The position numbers and the translations under genes are program-made. The notes below the pieces were generated by a model. It was not told the DNA's origin and did not search any database. It saw only the letters and a program-made list of their open reading frames with translations. 64,000 nucleotides of DNA from Myxococcota bacterium (GTDB lineage Bacteria > Myxococcota_A > UBA796 > SXON01), in NCBI GenBank assembly GCA_040386535.1, contig JAZKFH010000003.1:192001-256000 (forward strand), written 5' to 3'. Each line of letters opens with the position of its first letter. Position 1 is the stretch's first letter. Of this stretch, positions 10,669-20,373 are shown one piece after another.

Positions 10669-10708
10669 GAGCCCCCCGTCACCCCCCGGTGGCGGGGGGT
10701 TCTTCGTT
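10669..10708 (+). terminator. intrinsic terminator after the tRNA cluster
   Basis: GCCCCCCGTCACC...GGTGGCGGGGGG followed by TTCTTCGTT. Confidence 0.65.
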
Positions 10709-10781
10709 CGCGCACGGCACGACGAGAACCGTGCGACGAGGCCCCGTCAAGCGCGCGCGAAATCTGTTAGAAGGCGCTCGC

Positions 10782-12893
10782 ATGCAACATCGTGGACTCA
10801 CTCTAGATCCGTTCCAGCAGACTGCCATCGAGGCGCTCGAAGCCGGCAAGTCCGTGCTCGTCTGCGCGCCGACGGGCACCGGCAAGACGATCATCGCCGA
10901 CTTCGTGGTCGATCGGGCGCTCGCCCGCGGGCGCGACGTGATCTACACCGCGCCCATCAAGGCGCTCTCCAACCAGAAGTTCCGCGACTACACGCGGCTT
11001 CATGGCGAGGAGAAGGTCGGGCTCCTCACGGGTGACCTCGTCATCCGCCGCGAGGCCCCGTGCCGCGTGATGACCACGGAGATCCTACGCAACATGTTGC
11101 TGGCGGGCGAGACCCTGCCGCAGCTGGACGCGGTGGTCATCGACGAGATCCACTTCCTCGACGACCGCGAGCGCGGCACCACCTGGGAGGAGCTGCTCAT
11201 CTATCTGCCGCCCCACGTGCAGATCGTGGGCCTCTCGGCCACCTTGCAGAACATGCAGGCGTTCGCCGATTGGATGTCGCACGTGCGCGGCGCCCAGGTC
11301 GAGGTGGTCCAGGAGACGCGCCGGAACGTCCCGTTGCAGGCCTGGATCTGCAACCTGGACGACGGGCTCCTGCACCCCGCCGACTTCGACAAGGCCCACC
11401 AGCGCTGGGAGCGCCAGCACGCCAAGGAGATTGCCCGTGGCGCCGAGCGCGGCCATCACCGCGGCGGGGACAACCGCGGGCATCGCGGCCGCACGCCCCG
11501 GATGGGCCCGTCCACCTCACACATGGACGTGTTCGACCACCTGCGCGAGCATGACCTGCTCCCGACGCTCTACTTCGCGTTCAGCCGCAAGACGGTGGAG
11601 AACTACGCGCGCGGCCTCGGCGGTCGCCTTCGCCGTTCTCTCCTGAACACGGACGAGCAGGCGCGGATGCAGGTCGAGCTGGACGCGTTCGCCGCCACGG
11701 ACGGTGGCAAGGTGCTCGACGAGGAGCTCCGCGGCCTGTACGAGCGCGGCATCGCCTTCCACCACGCCGGCACGAACGTGCTCCTCAAGGCGCTGGTCGA
11801 GGAGCTCTACGAGAAGCGGCTCGTCAAGATCCTCTACTGCACGAGCACCTTCGCGCTCGGCATCAACATGCCCGCGCGGTCGGTCGTGTTCGACGGGCTC
11901 CGCAAGTTCGACGGGCAATCGCTGCGCCCGCTTCGCACCCGCGAGTTCATGCAGAAGGCCGGGCGCGCCGGGCGCCGCGGGATGGACCAGGTCGGTCACG
12001 TCGTGATCCGCATGGACCACGAGGACTGGAACGACGTCCGCGGGCAGCTCCAGTCGTACCTGCGCGGCGAGCCCGAGCCCGTCCGCTCCAGCTTCGCACT
12101 GTCGTTCAACTCCATCGTGAACCTGCTCCACACGAGCCCGCAGGAGCGCATTCGCGAGGTCGTCGACAAGTCGTTCCTCACGTTCTCGCGTCGCGCCGAG
12201 GCGGCGCTCGACATGGCCGAGGCCGACCGGCTGGAGAAGGAGCTCGAGGAGCAGGGCGGCAGCAAGAAGGGCCGCAAGAACGTGACGCGCCTCCAGGAGC
12301 GCGCGCGCTCCATCGAGGATCGCAGCTGGGAGGAGTTCCAGCGCAAGGTCGAGTTCCTCAAGAAGGTCGGCTACCTCGACACGGACGGGAGCTTCGGCGC
12401 GGGCGCCAAGGTGCTCCTGAACATCCAGATCGAGGAGATCTTCGTCACCGAGCTCATCTTGTCCGGGATGCTCGAGGACCTTCCCCTGCCCCTCCTGTTC
12501 GGCCTCTTCTGCTCCGTGAACAAGGAGTTCGGGCGCGACGTTCGCCTCCGCCCCGTCAAGGGCGCCGACCTCGCGCTCGGCCGGGAAGCGAACAAGCTCC
12601 GGTACTCCCCCATCGTCACCGGCGCGGAGGAGCTGACCGGCATCGGCGTCACCTGGTGCCCCGACATGATCCCGTTCGGGCGCATGTGGGCCGAGGGCCA
12701 CAGCCTCACCGACCTGATGACGAACCTCGAGTCCCCCACCGACATCAGCGGGGACCTCGTGGGCGCCTTCCGCCGCGCGAAGGACCTCGTGGGCCAGCTC
12801 AAGGCCGTGCACGCGGGCGATCCCGACCGCGCCAACGCGCTCGCCGAGTTGATCCGCAGCGTGTCGCGTGACGAGGTCCTGGTCGTCGACTGA
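10782..12893 (+). CDS. Ski2/HelY-like DEAD/DEAH-box RNA helicase
   Basis: APTGTGKT, APIKALSNQK, DEIH, LSAT, GINMPA, QKAGRAGRRG. Confidence 0.92.
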   Translation: MQHRGLTLDPFQQTAIEALEAGKSVLVCAPTGTGKTIIADFVVDRALARGRDVIYTAPIKALSNQKFRDYTRLHGEEKVGLLTGDLVIRREAPCRVMTTEILRNMLLAGETLPQLDAVVIDEIHFLDDRERGTTWEELLIYLPPHVQIVGLSATLQNMQAFADWMSHVRGAQVEVVQETRRNVPLQAWICNLDDGLLHPADFDKAHQRWERQHAKEIARGAERGHHRGGDNRGHRGRTPRMGPSTSHMDVFDHLREHDLLPTLYFAFSRKTVENYARGLGGRLRRSLLNTDEQARMQVELDAFAATDGGKVLDEELRGLYERGIAFHHAGTNVLLKALVEELYEKRLVKILYCTSTFALGINMPARSVVFDGLRKFDGQSLRPLRTREFMQKAGRAGRRGMDQVGHVVIRMDHEDWNDVRGQLQSYLRGEPEPVRSSFALSFNSIVNLLHTSPQERIREVVDKSFLTFSRRAEAALDMAEADRLEKELEEQGGSKKGRKNVTRLQERARSIEDRSWEEFQRKVEFLKKVGYLDTDGSFGAGAKVLLNIQIEEIFVTELILSGMLEDLPLPLLFGLFCSVNKEFGRDVRLRPVKGADLALGREANKLRYSPIVTGAEELTGIGVTWCPDMIPFGRMWAEGHSLTDLMTNLESPTDISGDLVGAFRRAKDLVGQLKAVHAGDPDRANALAELIRSVSRDEVLVVD

Positions 12894-12973
12894 GGAGCGC
12901 GTTCGGCGCGGCGTCACCCGTTCGTTGCACGCGGGGGTGGGGCCGCATACCCTCCCGCTGGAGCTTCCAGCGG

Positions 12974-14452
12974 GTGAACGTTCGCCTCTCCGACCTCGCC
13001 GCGTCCCTCCTGCTTCCCCTGATCGGGGGCTGTATCGGCGCGCCCGACCCGATCGGGCCGGTGGATCCCCCCCGGGTGAACGCGGCCGTCGGTGACGACA
13101 CCAGCGAGACCGACGAAACCGACGAGACCGACGAGACCGACGAGACCGACGAGCCCGAAGAGACGGACACCGAAACCGGGGAGAGCGGCGACACCGACAC
13201 CGGCGTCTCGACGGACACGGGGGAGACCGACGTCTCGACGGAGACGGGCGTTTCCACCGAGACCGGCGTCTCCATCGACACGGGCGAGATCGACACCGAT
13301 CCCTCCGACGACACCGCCGTCGCGCCCGACACCGCCGTCGCGCCCGACACCGCCGTGTCGATCGACACCGCCGCACCCGACACCGCCGTGTTGATCGACA
13401 CGGCCCCTCCCGACACCGCCGTGTCGATCGACACCGGCGCGCGTGACATCGAACCCGACGTCGTCGCCACGCCGCCCGAGGACACGGGTGGCGCGGATGC
13501 CCATCCGCCGGACAGCGCGTCGCCGGACAGCGCCACCTTCGAGATCGAAGCGCCGGGCGAAACCAGTGCCCCCCTCGACACCAGCGACACCAGCGACACC
13601 GCCGCGCCCGTCGACACCGCCGACACCGCCACCACCTCGGTCACCCGCTTCGTCGCCCTGGGGGACGCCGGGAACGGCGGACCGGGGCAACAGGCGGTGG
13701 CGGACGCGATCGCGGTCGTCTGCGCGGCCCAAGGCTGCGACTTCGCCCTCTACCTGGGCGACAACATCTACCCGTCGGGGGTCACCAGCGTCATCGACCC
13801 GCAGTGGGTCGACAAGTTCGAGACCCCCTACGCCGCCCTGTCGTTCGACTTCTACGCGATCCTCGGCAACCACGACTATGGCGGCGGCTTCGACACCGCG
13901 CGCGCCCAGGCCCAGGTGGACTACTCGGCCACCTCGACCAAGTGGGTCATGCCAGACACGTTCTGGTCGCAGACCCTGGGTGACCTGACCCTGTTCGGCA
14001 TCGACACGCAGGCCCTCACCACCGGGTTCACCGCGGACCAGGAGGCCTGGTTCCCCGTGGAGCTCGCGGCGAGTACGACGACGTGGAACTTCGTCCTCGG
14101 ACATCACCCGTACCTCTCCAACGGCCCCCACGGGAACGCCGGCGAGTACGACGGTCGGTTGGGAGAGGGCACCGAGGTCCAGTCGTTCTTCGACGACCAC
14201 ATGTGTGACCGGGTCGACGTGTTCCTCTCCGGCCACGACCACTCGCTCCAGTGGCTCGAGAGCCCCTGCGACACGCAGCTCATCGTGTCAGGCGGCGGCG
14301 GCAGCGCCTCGATCCTCGTGGGCGACAACCCGACCTTCTACGAGTCCGACCAGACCGGCTTCTTGTGGGTCGAGCTCGACGGGAACACGTTCACCGGCGT
14401 GTTCTACGACCACGTCGGCGCCGAGCTGTACCGCTACAGCTACACCAAGTAG
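12974..14452 (+). CDS. lipoprotein metallophosphoesterase (purple/tartrate-resistant acid phosphatase-like) with a long Asp/Thr-rich linker
   Basis: GDAG, LGDNIY, LGNHDY, GHHP, SGHDH motifs; IGGC lipobox. Confidence 0.88.
   Translation: MNVRLSDLAASLLLPLIGGCIGAPDPIGPVDPPRVNAAVGDDTSETDETDETDETDETDEPEETDTETGESGDTDTGVSTDTGETDVSTETGVSTETGVSIDTGEIDTDPSDDTAVAPDTAVAPDTAVSIDTAAPDTAVLIDTAPPDTAVSIDTGARDIEPDVVATPPEDTGGADAHPPDSASPDSATFEIEAPGETSAPLDTSDTSDTAAPVDTADTATTSVTRFVALGDAGNGGPGQQAVADAIAVVCAAQGCDFALYLGDNIYPSGVTSVIDPQWVDKFETPYAALSFDFYAILGNHDYGGGFDTARAQAQVDYSATSTKWVMPDTFWSQTLGDLTLFGIDTQALTTGFTADQEAWFPVELAASTTTWNFVLGHHPYLSNGPHGNAGEYDGRLGEGTEVQSFFDDHMCDRVDVFLSGHDHSLQWLESPCDTQLIVSGGGGSASILVGDNPTFYESDQTGFLWVELDGNTFTGVFYDHVGAELYRYSYTK
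13093..13635 (+). repeat. coding low-complexity tandem repeats (DET, DTA/DTG)
   Basis: GACGAGACC and GACACCGCC units repeated many times. Confidence 0.8.
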
Positions 14453-14455
14453 AAG

Positions 14456-15238
14456 CTACCGACGGGGCTGCGGAAACGTCTTCTGTGGGCGGGGCTGGGG
14501 CTTGATGCCCTGCATCTCCATGAGGCGCTCGCGCGGAATGTCCTCCGGGAACATCTGGAACCAGGACTCGCCCAGCACCTTCATGTCGGGGCGCTTGCGG
14601 TTGGCGAGCGCCTCCTGGAGCTCCTTGAGCGCCTTGTTGTCCTTGTTCGCGGCGAGGCCGCGGCCGATGACCTGAAGCGCCTCGTCGCGGCGCTTCGCCT
14701 CGTTCAGGACGTAGGTGTACAGGCCCCAGTAGAGGGCCTCGCCGTTGCCGGGGCCGCTCGCCGCCTCCAGCACCTTCACCGCGTCGTCCGGGCGCCCCTC
14801 GCGGTGGTGGATGGCCGCCAACGTGGCCTTGGCCCGCCAATCGCGCGACCACGCCTTCTCGAGGTGGGCACGACCCGAGGCGAAGCTCGCCTTGGCCTGG
14901 GTCGGGTGCTTCTGCACCGTGTGGCCGACGCCCTGGAGGTAGTCGAGCGAGCCCATCTGCGAGTGGATCTGCTCGGCCACGAGGATCTGCCACTTTCCGA
15001 GCGGCATGGCCGCCTCGAGCGCGGCGCGCGCCTCGTCGATCTTGCCGGCCTGGAGCTGCACCATGGCGCCCTGGAACAGGGCCTCCAACTGCTTGCCCGT
15101 GCGCCGCGCCAGCAGGATGAACACCACCACGAACGCGAGCAGGGCGGGCAGGAACCCGGCGAACAAGTTGTCGGTGACGAGGTAGCCCAGCAGGTAGCCG
15201 AGCACCGCCGCACCGCTCGCGATCAGGATGTTGTACAT
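14456..15238 (-). CDS. membrane-anchored TPR-like protein
   Basis: Two N-terminal hydrophobic helices followed by Ala-rich helical repeats. Confidence 0.7.
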   Translation of the reverse strand: MYNILIASGAAVLGYLLGYLVTDNLFAGFLPALLAFVVVFILLARRTGKQLEALFQGAMVQLQAGKIDEARAALEAAMPLGKWQILVAEQIHSQMGSLDYLQGVGHTVQKHPTQAKASFASGRAHLEKAWSRDWRAKATLAAIHHREGRPDDAVKVLEAASGPGNGEALYWGLYTYVLNEAKRRDEALQVIGRGLAANKDNKALKELQEALANRKRPDMKVLGESWFQMFPEDIPRERLMEMQGIKPQPRPQKTFPQPRR

Positions 15239-15293
15239 CGGCGCCCTCTAACGCGTTCGACGCCCACGGCGCGCGGTCGAGGTGCGGCTCCGA

Positions 15294-15884
15294 CTACTCG
15301 GAGAAGCCGGTGTCGAACCCGTCGATCTGCAGCGTTCCCGACAGCTCGCCGGTGGCGTTCTCGAGCATGCCGGACGTGGCCGTGCCGTCCTCCGCGGTGC
15401 CGGTGAACGTGTCCGAGTAGGTGAACGTGCCGTTGAGGTGGTCGCCCACGTAGACCATGGACGCGTCGTAGACGAAGGCGTGCATCGTGTCGGACGTGGT
15501 CTCGAAGTTGCCCTCGATGTGCATCGCGAACACGTTGCAATCGTCCGCGGACGAGGTGAGCGAGCCGGCGAACGGCTGGGTGGTGCCGACGAGCCCGTCG
15601 GGGCCGGACTGGGGCTCGGCCACGTCAGTGATGTCCGCGTTGATGGTATCAGTCCCGGACGACCAGTTGATCTTCCACTTCGACCAACCGTTGATGAACA
15701 CCTCGTAGCTCGGGTAGTTCTCGGACACGGTGGCCCCGCCGCCCTCGCCGGTGTTCAGCGCGGTGTGCCACATGGCGTAGGTGCCGTTGACGCGGGAGGA
15801 GTCGGCACAGTCGGAGTCACAGCCCGAGGCGAGGAGCGCGAGCGCAAGCCCAAACAGCGAGACGGGCGGGACGATGCGGACCAT
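15294..15884 (-). CDS. lipoprotein of unknown function
   Basis: LLASGC lipobox, acidic beta-rich mature region, GGAG RBS. Confidence 0.7.
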   Translation of the reverse strand: MVRIVPPVSLFGLALALLASGCDSDCADSSRVNGTYAMWHTALNTGEGGGATVSENYPSYEVFINGWSKWKINWSSGTDTINADITDVAEPQSGPDGLVGTTQPFAGSLTSSADDCNVFAMHIEGNFETTSDTMHAFVYDASMVYVGDHLNGTFTYSDTFTGTAEDGTATSGMLENATGELSGTLQIDGFDTGFSE

Positions 15885-15949
15885 ACGAGGAGCTCCCCTT
15901 CGGCCGCGCGACGATAGCACAACCCCCCAGAGCTGTGTACGTGCCCACC

Positions 15950-16414
15950 ATGTCCGTGGCCTTCCCCGCGCTCGACGCGAGCCGATGTACACACTGCGGC
16001 GCCTGCGAAGTCGCGTGTGTGGAGTCGCGGTACGGCCTGACGGGGCTCCTGCCCGACGACGACGTGGTGTTGGAGCGCCGGCGCCTCGCGGTCCGCGTCG
16101 TCGCGGACGTGCCGACGTTGAACGTGTGTGTGCACTGCCCGGACAGCCCGTGCATCGCCGTCTGCCCGCACCACGCGCTCCTCCGCTTCCCCGACGGGCG
16201 TGTCGAGCTGGTCGAGGACCGCTGCACCGGCTGCGGCTCGTGCATCACGGCGTGCCCCTACCGCGCCATCCGCCGTGTCACTGCGCTGAGCATCGCCGTG
16301 AAGTGTGACGGCTGCCGGACACAGGCGGGCGGACCGGCATGTGCGCCCGCTTGCCCCACGGGCGCGCTGACGATGACAGCGATCTCGATTGACGCGCTGG
16401 CACCGCGTCGGTAG
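15950..16414 (+). CDS. 4Fe-4S dicluster electron-transfer protein (HydN/CooF-like, four clusters)
   Basis: CTHCGACEVAC, CVHCPDSPCIAVCP, CTGCGSCITACP, CDGC...CAPACP. Confidence 0.88.
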   Translation: MSVAFPALDASRCTHCGACEVACVESRYGLTGLLPDDDVVLERRRLAVRVVADVPTLNVCVHCPDSPCIAVCPHHALLRFPDGRVELVEDRCTGCGSCITACPYRAIRRVTALSIAVKCDGCRTQAGGPACAPACPTGALTMTAISIDALAPRR

Positions 16415-16423
16415 AACGGCGGC

Positions 16424-17074
16424 ATGGCCTCGAACATCGAGCTTCGCTGCTTCACGTACATCGACATCCTCCAGCCGCAGACCGCCGCCTTCCTCGGCAC
16501 GGTCTCCCGCGGCTACATGCCCCTGAAGAACCAGGCCGCCCTCTTCTTCGAGGTCGCGCCGGGGATGGACATCAACCTCATCACCGACATCGCGCTCAAG
16601 AACACGAGCTGCACCCCGGGAATGCAGGTGGTGGAGCGGCAGTTCGGCTGCCTCCAGCTCCAGCACTTCGACCAGGGCCAGGTGCGCGCCGCTGGCGACG
16701 CCGTGCTCGACGCGCTCACGCTGAAGGAGTCGGATCGCCTCCGCCCTCGCGTCGTGAGCGCCCAGACGATCAACGGGATCACCGGCTACCACTCGCAGAT
16801 CGTGAACCGCTTCCGGCACGGCAACTTCATCGACGAGGGCGCCACGCTCTACGTCCTCGAGGTGCACCCCGCCGGCTACGCGCTCATCGCGACCAACGAG
16901 GCCGAAAAAGCCGCCAACATCAACGTGTTGGAGATGATCTCGTTCGGCGCGTTCGGTCGCGTGTACCTCTCCGGCTCCGAGGACGAGGTGGCCGAGGCCG
17001 CCAAGGCCGCGCTCGCCGCGCTCGAAGCGATCGACGGCCGCCCGAACGAAGGGCCGGCGCCGGTTTTCTACTAG
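16424..17074 (+). CDS. bacterial microcompartment tandem shell protein (BMC-T, CcmP/CsoS1D-like)
   Basis: IDILQPQ, EVAPG, VERQFG, HSQIVNR, EVHPAGYA...NEAEK, GAFGRVYLSG. Confidence 0.88.
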   Translation: MASNIELRCFTYIDILQPQTAAFLGTVSRGYMPLKNQAALFFEVAPGMDINLITDIALKNTSCTPGMQVVERQFGCLQLQHFDQGQVRAAGDAVLDALTLKESDRLRPRVVSAQTINGITGYHSQIVNRFRHGNFIDEGATLYVLEVHPAGYALIATNEAEKAANINVLEMISFGAFGRVYLSGSEDEVAEAAKAALAALEAIDGRPNEGPAPVFY

Positions 17075-17141
17075 GCGCAACGGCCGGTACACCACGGGGT
17101 TCCGGGGGCGTTGCGGGGGGGACCCCCGCCCCAAGAAATCC

Positions 17142-18725
17142 CTACGGCAACACCACCGGCGAGCCGTGCTTGCGCGGGTCCGAGGCCGCGTCGAACCCCT
17201 CCCCCGTGCGCCGCACCGCCTGCACGGCCGAGAAGGCCGGCAGCTCCTTGAGCACGTGACCGTGGGCCTCGAACGTGGCCTTGTCGGGGTGGCCCGACTC
17301 GAGCATCAGCACGTTCGGGAGCCATTGGTGGTGCCACCGCGGGGCGCCTACCGCCGCCGCTGGCGTGAGGCCCCGGTCGAGGACGCCGCGGACGACCTGG
17401 AACGTCGCGCTGATGATGGTGGGGCCGCCGCTGGCGCCGACCGCGAGCTCCGGGCGGCCGTCCACGCCGAGGACGACGGTGGGCGTCATGCTCGAGAGCG
17501 GGCGGCGGCCGGGCGCCACCGCGTTGGTCTCGCCCTGGACCAGCCCGAAGGCGTTCGGCACGCCGGGGCGCGTGGCGAAGTCGTCCATCTCGTTGTTCAG
17601 CAGGATGCCGGAGCGGGGCGCGATCACCTTGCTGCCGAAGGTCGTGTTGATGGTCGTCGTGAGCGCCACGGCCATCCCGTTGCCGTCGATGACGCTGATG
17701 TGGAGCGTGCCGGCGTCCTGCGCCGGGGCGACGGGCGGGGCGTAGTGCTCCGGCGGGAAGGTGGTGGGGCCACAATCCGCGCGGATCGCGGCGATGCGCT
17801 CGGGCGAGAGCAGGCGCGAAACGTCGACCGGCACGAACGAGGGGTCGCCGCCGTACGCCGCGCGGTCGGCCATGGCGTGTTTGGCGGCCTCGACGGCGCA
17901 GTGCGGATCGGCCACGCCCTCGGTGGCGCCGAGCATCTGGAGGAGCGCGATGCCCCCCGAGGACGGCGGCGGCATCGTGATCACGGCGTGGCCCGCGTAC
18001 GTGCCGCGCAGGGGCTCGCGCTCGACGACCGTGTACGCGGCGAGGTCCGCCATCGTGAGCACCCCGCCGGCCGCGCGCGCGGCGGAGACCATGTCCTCGG
18101 CGACCCACCCGGTCCGGAACGCCTCGCCGCGGGTCGAGACCCAGGCCCCCAGCGCCTCGGCGAGCCCAGCGCGCACGTTGCCCGGCGCGAACAAGGCGGA
18201 CATCTCGGGGGCGCGGAGCAGCGCCTCGGCGAGGTGCGGCCCGGTCTCGAAGCCCGCGGTGGCCTGCGCGATCGCGGGCGCGGCGACGGCGCCCAACGAC
18301 GCCTTGCCGAACCGCTCGTGCAGCTTCGCCAGCCCGATGCCCTCGGACGGAACGGCGACCGCGAGCCCGCCCTTCGTGCTCGAGGCGCCCTCGGCGAGGA
18401 ACATGTCGCGGGTGGCGGCGGCCGGCGCGACCTCGCGGAAGTCGAAGGTCGTGGCCTGGCCGTCCGGGGTCACGACCACGGCGAACCCACCCCCGCCCAG
18501 GCCCGAGCCCGGGGGTTGCACCACGCCCGAGGACAACGCGGCGGCGATCGCGGCGTCGACGGCGTTGCCGCCCGCCCGCAAGACGTCGGCCCCCGCGCGG
18601 CTCGCCAACGGATGGTCGGCGGCGACGGCGCCGGCGACCGGAGCGGCCGTAGGAGCGGGCGCGGTCGCACAGGCGCCCAGCATGGCCAGCGGAGCGAGCC
18701 GAGCGATCAACGGAGCGAGAGCCAT
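17142..18725 (-). CDS. ggt: gamma-glutamyltransferase
   Basis: GGNAVDAA, SGLGGGGF, DFREVAP, PPPSSGG, TLHISVID, NNEMDDF, RPLSSMTP, GASGG. Confidence 0.93.
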   Translation of the reverse strand: MALAPLIARLAPLAMLGACATAPAPTAAPVAGAVAADHPLASRAGADVLRAGGNAVDAAIAAALSSGVVQPPGSGLGGGGFAVVVTPDGQATTFDFREVAPAAATRDMFLAEGASSTKGGLAVAVPSEGIGLAKLHERFGKASLGAVAAPAIAQATAGFETGPHLAEALLRAPEMSALFAPGNVRAGLAEALGAWVSTRGEAFRTGWVAEDMVSAARAAGGVLTMADLAAYTVVEREPLRGTYAGHAVITMPPPSSGGIALLQMLGATEGVADPHCAVEAAKHAMADRAAYGGDPSFVPVDVSRLLSPERIAAIRADCGPTTFPPEHYAPPVAPAQDAGTLHISVIDGNGMAVALTTTINTTFGSKVIAPRSGILLNNEMDDFATRPGVPNAFGLVQGETNAVAPGRRPLSSMTPTVVLGVDGRPELAVGASGGPTIISATFQVVRGVLDRGLTPAAAVGAPRWHHQWLPNVLMLESGHPDKATFEAHGHVLKELPAFSAVQAVRRTGEGFDAASDPRKHGSPVVLP

Positions 18726-19612
18726 GCGGTCACCAGTCCAATCTGGACGAGCCAGAGGGGGAGGCCGACGCGCAGGCGGCTCCCGGAGAGGAGGAGCAGG
18801 GGGAGCCCACCACCGACGGCGAGGCCCGCGCGGATCGCGACCGGGAGCGTGTCTCCCCGCAAGGACAGCGCGCGCAGCTCGATCTCGCGCGCGGCGAGCG
18901 CCAGGAGACCTTCGTCACCGATCGCGCCGCCGACCACGGCGCCCGCATAGACCATCAGATCGCCGTGCGCGGTCGCGAGGAGCGGCACCTGCTCGAGCCC
19001 GGTGGCGATGAGCTCCAGCGCCCCGCTCAACACCGCGAGCCACACGACGATCGCGCCGAGCATCGGTACGACCATCGCCCGCCGGACCGCGGACCAGGTC
19101 GGCGGGGCGCGCTCGACCGCGCCGCCGCCACCCACGAACCCGACCAGGGCGAGCACCAGGCCCATCCCGACGAACTCCGGCCCGCCCCAGCCGAGGACCA
19201 GGGGCGCGGCCCCGCTGGTGACACCGACCAGGGACGCGCCGCTGGCCGCGATCACGAGCCGCGCGCGCCGCGACGGATCGGGCTCCGCGACGGCGAGCCC
19301 CATGGCGACGAAACGATCGCCGAACACGGCCGTGAGGAGGACGACCAGGGGCCACGCGCGGACCCGCAGCCAGGCGGAGTCGGCGTGGGCGGCCCACACG
19401 GCCAGGAGGAAGGCCGACACCCACGGCGCGTCCGCCGCGAGCGACGAGAGCGCCCACGACGGCGCGAGGGCGCCCAGGTAGATGGCGACGCCCACCCCTG
19501 CGATGACGCCGGCCGGGAGCCAGCCCCACAAGCGGCGGAGCTGCGCCAGGACCATCAAGAGGCCCGTCAGGCCGCCGAGCACCGCGGCGTTTCGCCAGGC
19601 CTCGACCATCAT
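18707..19612 (-). CDS. integral membrane protein (possible permease)
   Basis: Many hydrophobic segments; overlaps both neighbours in the operon. Confidence 0.6.
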   Translation of the reverse strand: MMVEAWRNAAVLGGLTGLLMVLAQLRRLWGWLPAGVIAGVGVAIYLGALAPSWALSSLAADAPWVSAFLLAVWAAHADSAWLRVRAWPLVVLLTAVFGDRFVAMGLAVAEPDPSRRARLVIAASGASLVGVTSGAAPLVLGWGGPEFVGMGLVLALVGFVGGGGAVERAPPTWSAVRRAMVVPMLGAIVVWLAVLSGALELIATGLEQVPLLATAHGDLMVYAGAVVGGAIGDEGLLALAAREIELRALSLRGDTLPVAIRAGLAVGGGLPLLLLSGSRLRVGLPLWLVQIGLVTAWLSLR

Positions 19613-20373
19613 CGGTCGTCGCGATCCACCACGGGGTTGGCGAGGGAGCCGATGCCTTCGATCTCGATGACCACGCGGTCACCCGCCACGAGCGGGCCGA
19701 CACCGGCGGGGGTGCCGGTCGCGATGACATCCCCCGGCTCGAGGGTCATCACCTGCGAGACGTAGGCCACGAGCGCCGCGACGCCGAACACCATGTCGGC
19801 GGTCGTGCCGTCCTGCCGCACCTGGTCGTTCACGAGGCAGCGGACGCGGAGGGCGCGCGGATCCACGCCGGTGACGACGGCCGGGCCGACCGGGCAGAAC
19901 GTGTCGAACCCCTTGGCGCGAGCGAACACGCCGTCCGCCTTCTGGAAGTCGCGCGCGGTCACGTCGTTGACGCAGGTGTACCCGAACACGTGGTCGAGCG
20001 CGTCGGCCTCGGACACGCGGCGCGCACGCCGGCCGATCACGATGCCGAGCTCGGCCTCGTGGTCCACCCGGGTGGTGCGCGGCGGGATCTCGATGCGTTC
20101 GTCGGGGCCCACCAGCGCGGAGGGGGCCTTGAGGAAGATCTTGGGCTCGGCGGGCACCGGCTTGCCCATCTCCGCGGCGTGGTCGCGGTAGTTGGACCCG
20201 ATGCCGATGATCTTGCCGGGCTCGACGGGGGCGAGGAGGCGGCCGAGCCGCACCTGGCCCGTCGGCACTCCACCCTTCCACGGCGCCGCGTTGAGCACCC
20301 GGAAGATCCCGCCCTCGTCGATCGCCCAGAACGGCGCTCCCTGGGCGAACGCGCGCACGTAACGGGTGATCAT
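19609..20373 (-). CDS. fumarylacetoacetate hydrolase family protein
   Basis: GSNYRDHAAEM, FLKAPS, HEAELG, NDVTARD, AKGFDTFCPVGP, TGTPAGVG. Confidence 0.92.
   Translation of the reverse strand: MITRYVRAFAQGAPFWAIDEGGIFRVLNAAPWKGGVPTGQVRLGRLLAPVEPGKIIGIGSNYRDHAAEMGKPVPAEPKIFLKAPSALVGPDERIEIPPRTTRVDHEAELGIVIGRRARRVSEADALDHVFGYTCVNDVTARDFQKADGVFARAKGFDTFCPVGPAVVTGVDPRALRVRCLVNDQVRQDGTTADMVFGVAALVAYVSQVMTLEPGDVIATGTPAGVGPLVAGDRVVIEIEGIGSLANPVVDRDDR

Noticed and set aside
10665..12900. Integrative element downstream of the tRNAs
   Set aside because: No integrase, no distant partial tRNA repeat and no obvious composition shift
13093..13440. Possible CRISPR-like or non-coding repeat array
   Set aside because: Units are codon-phased 9-18-bp repeats inside a CDS; no unique spacers and no cas genes
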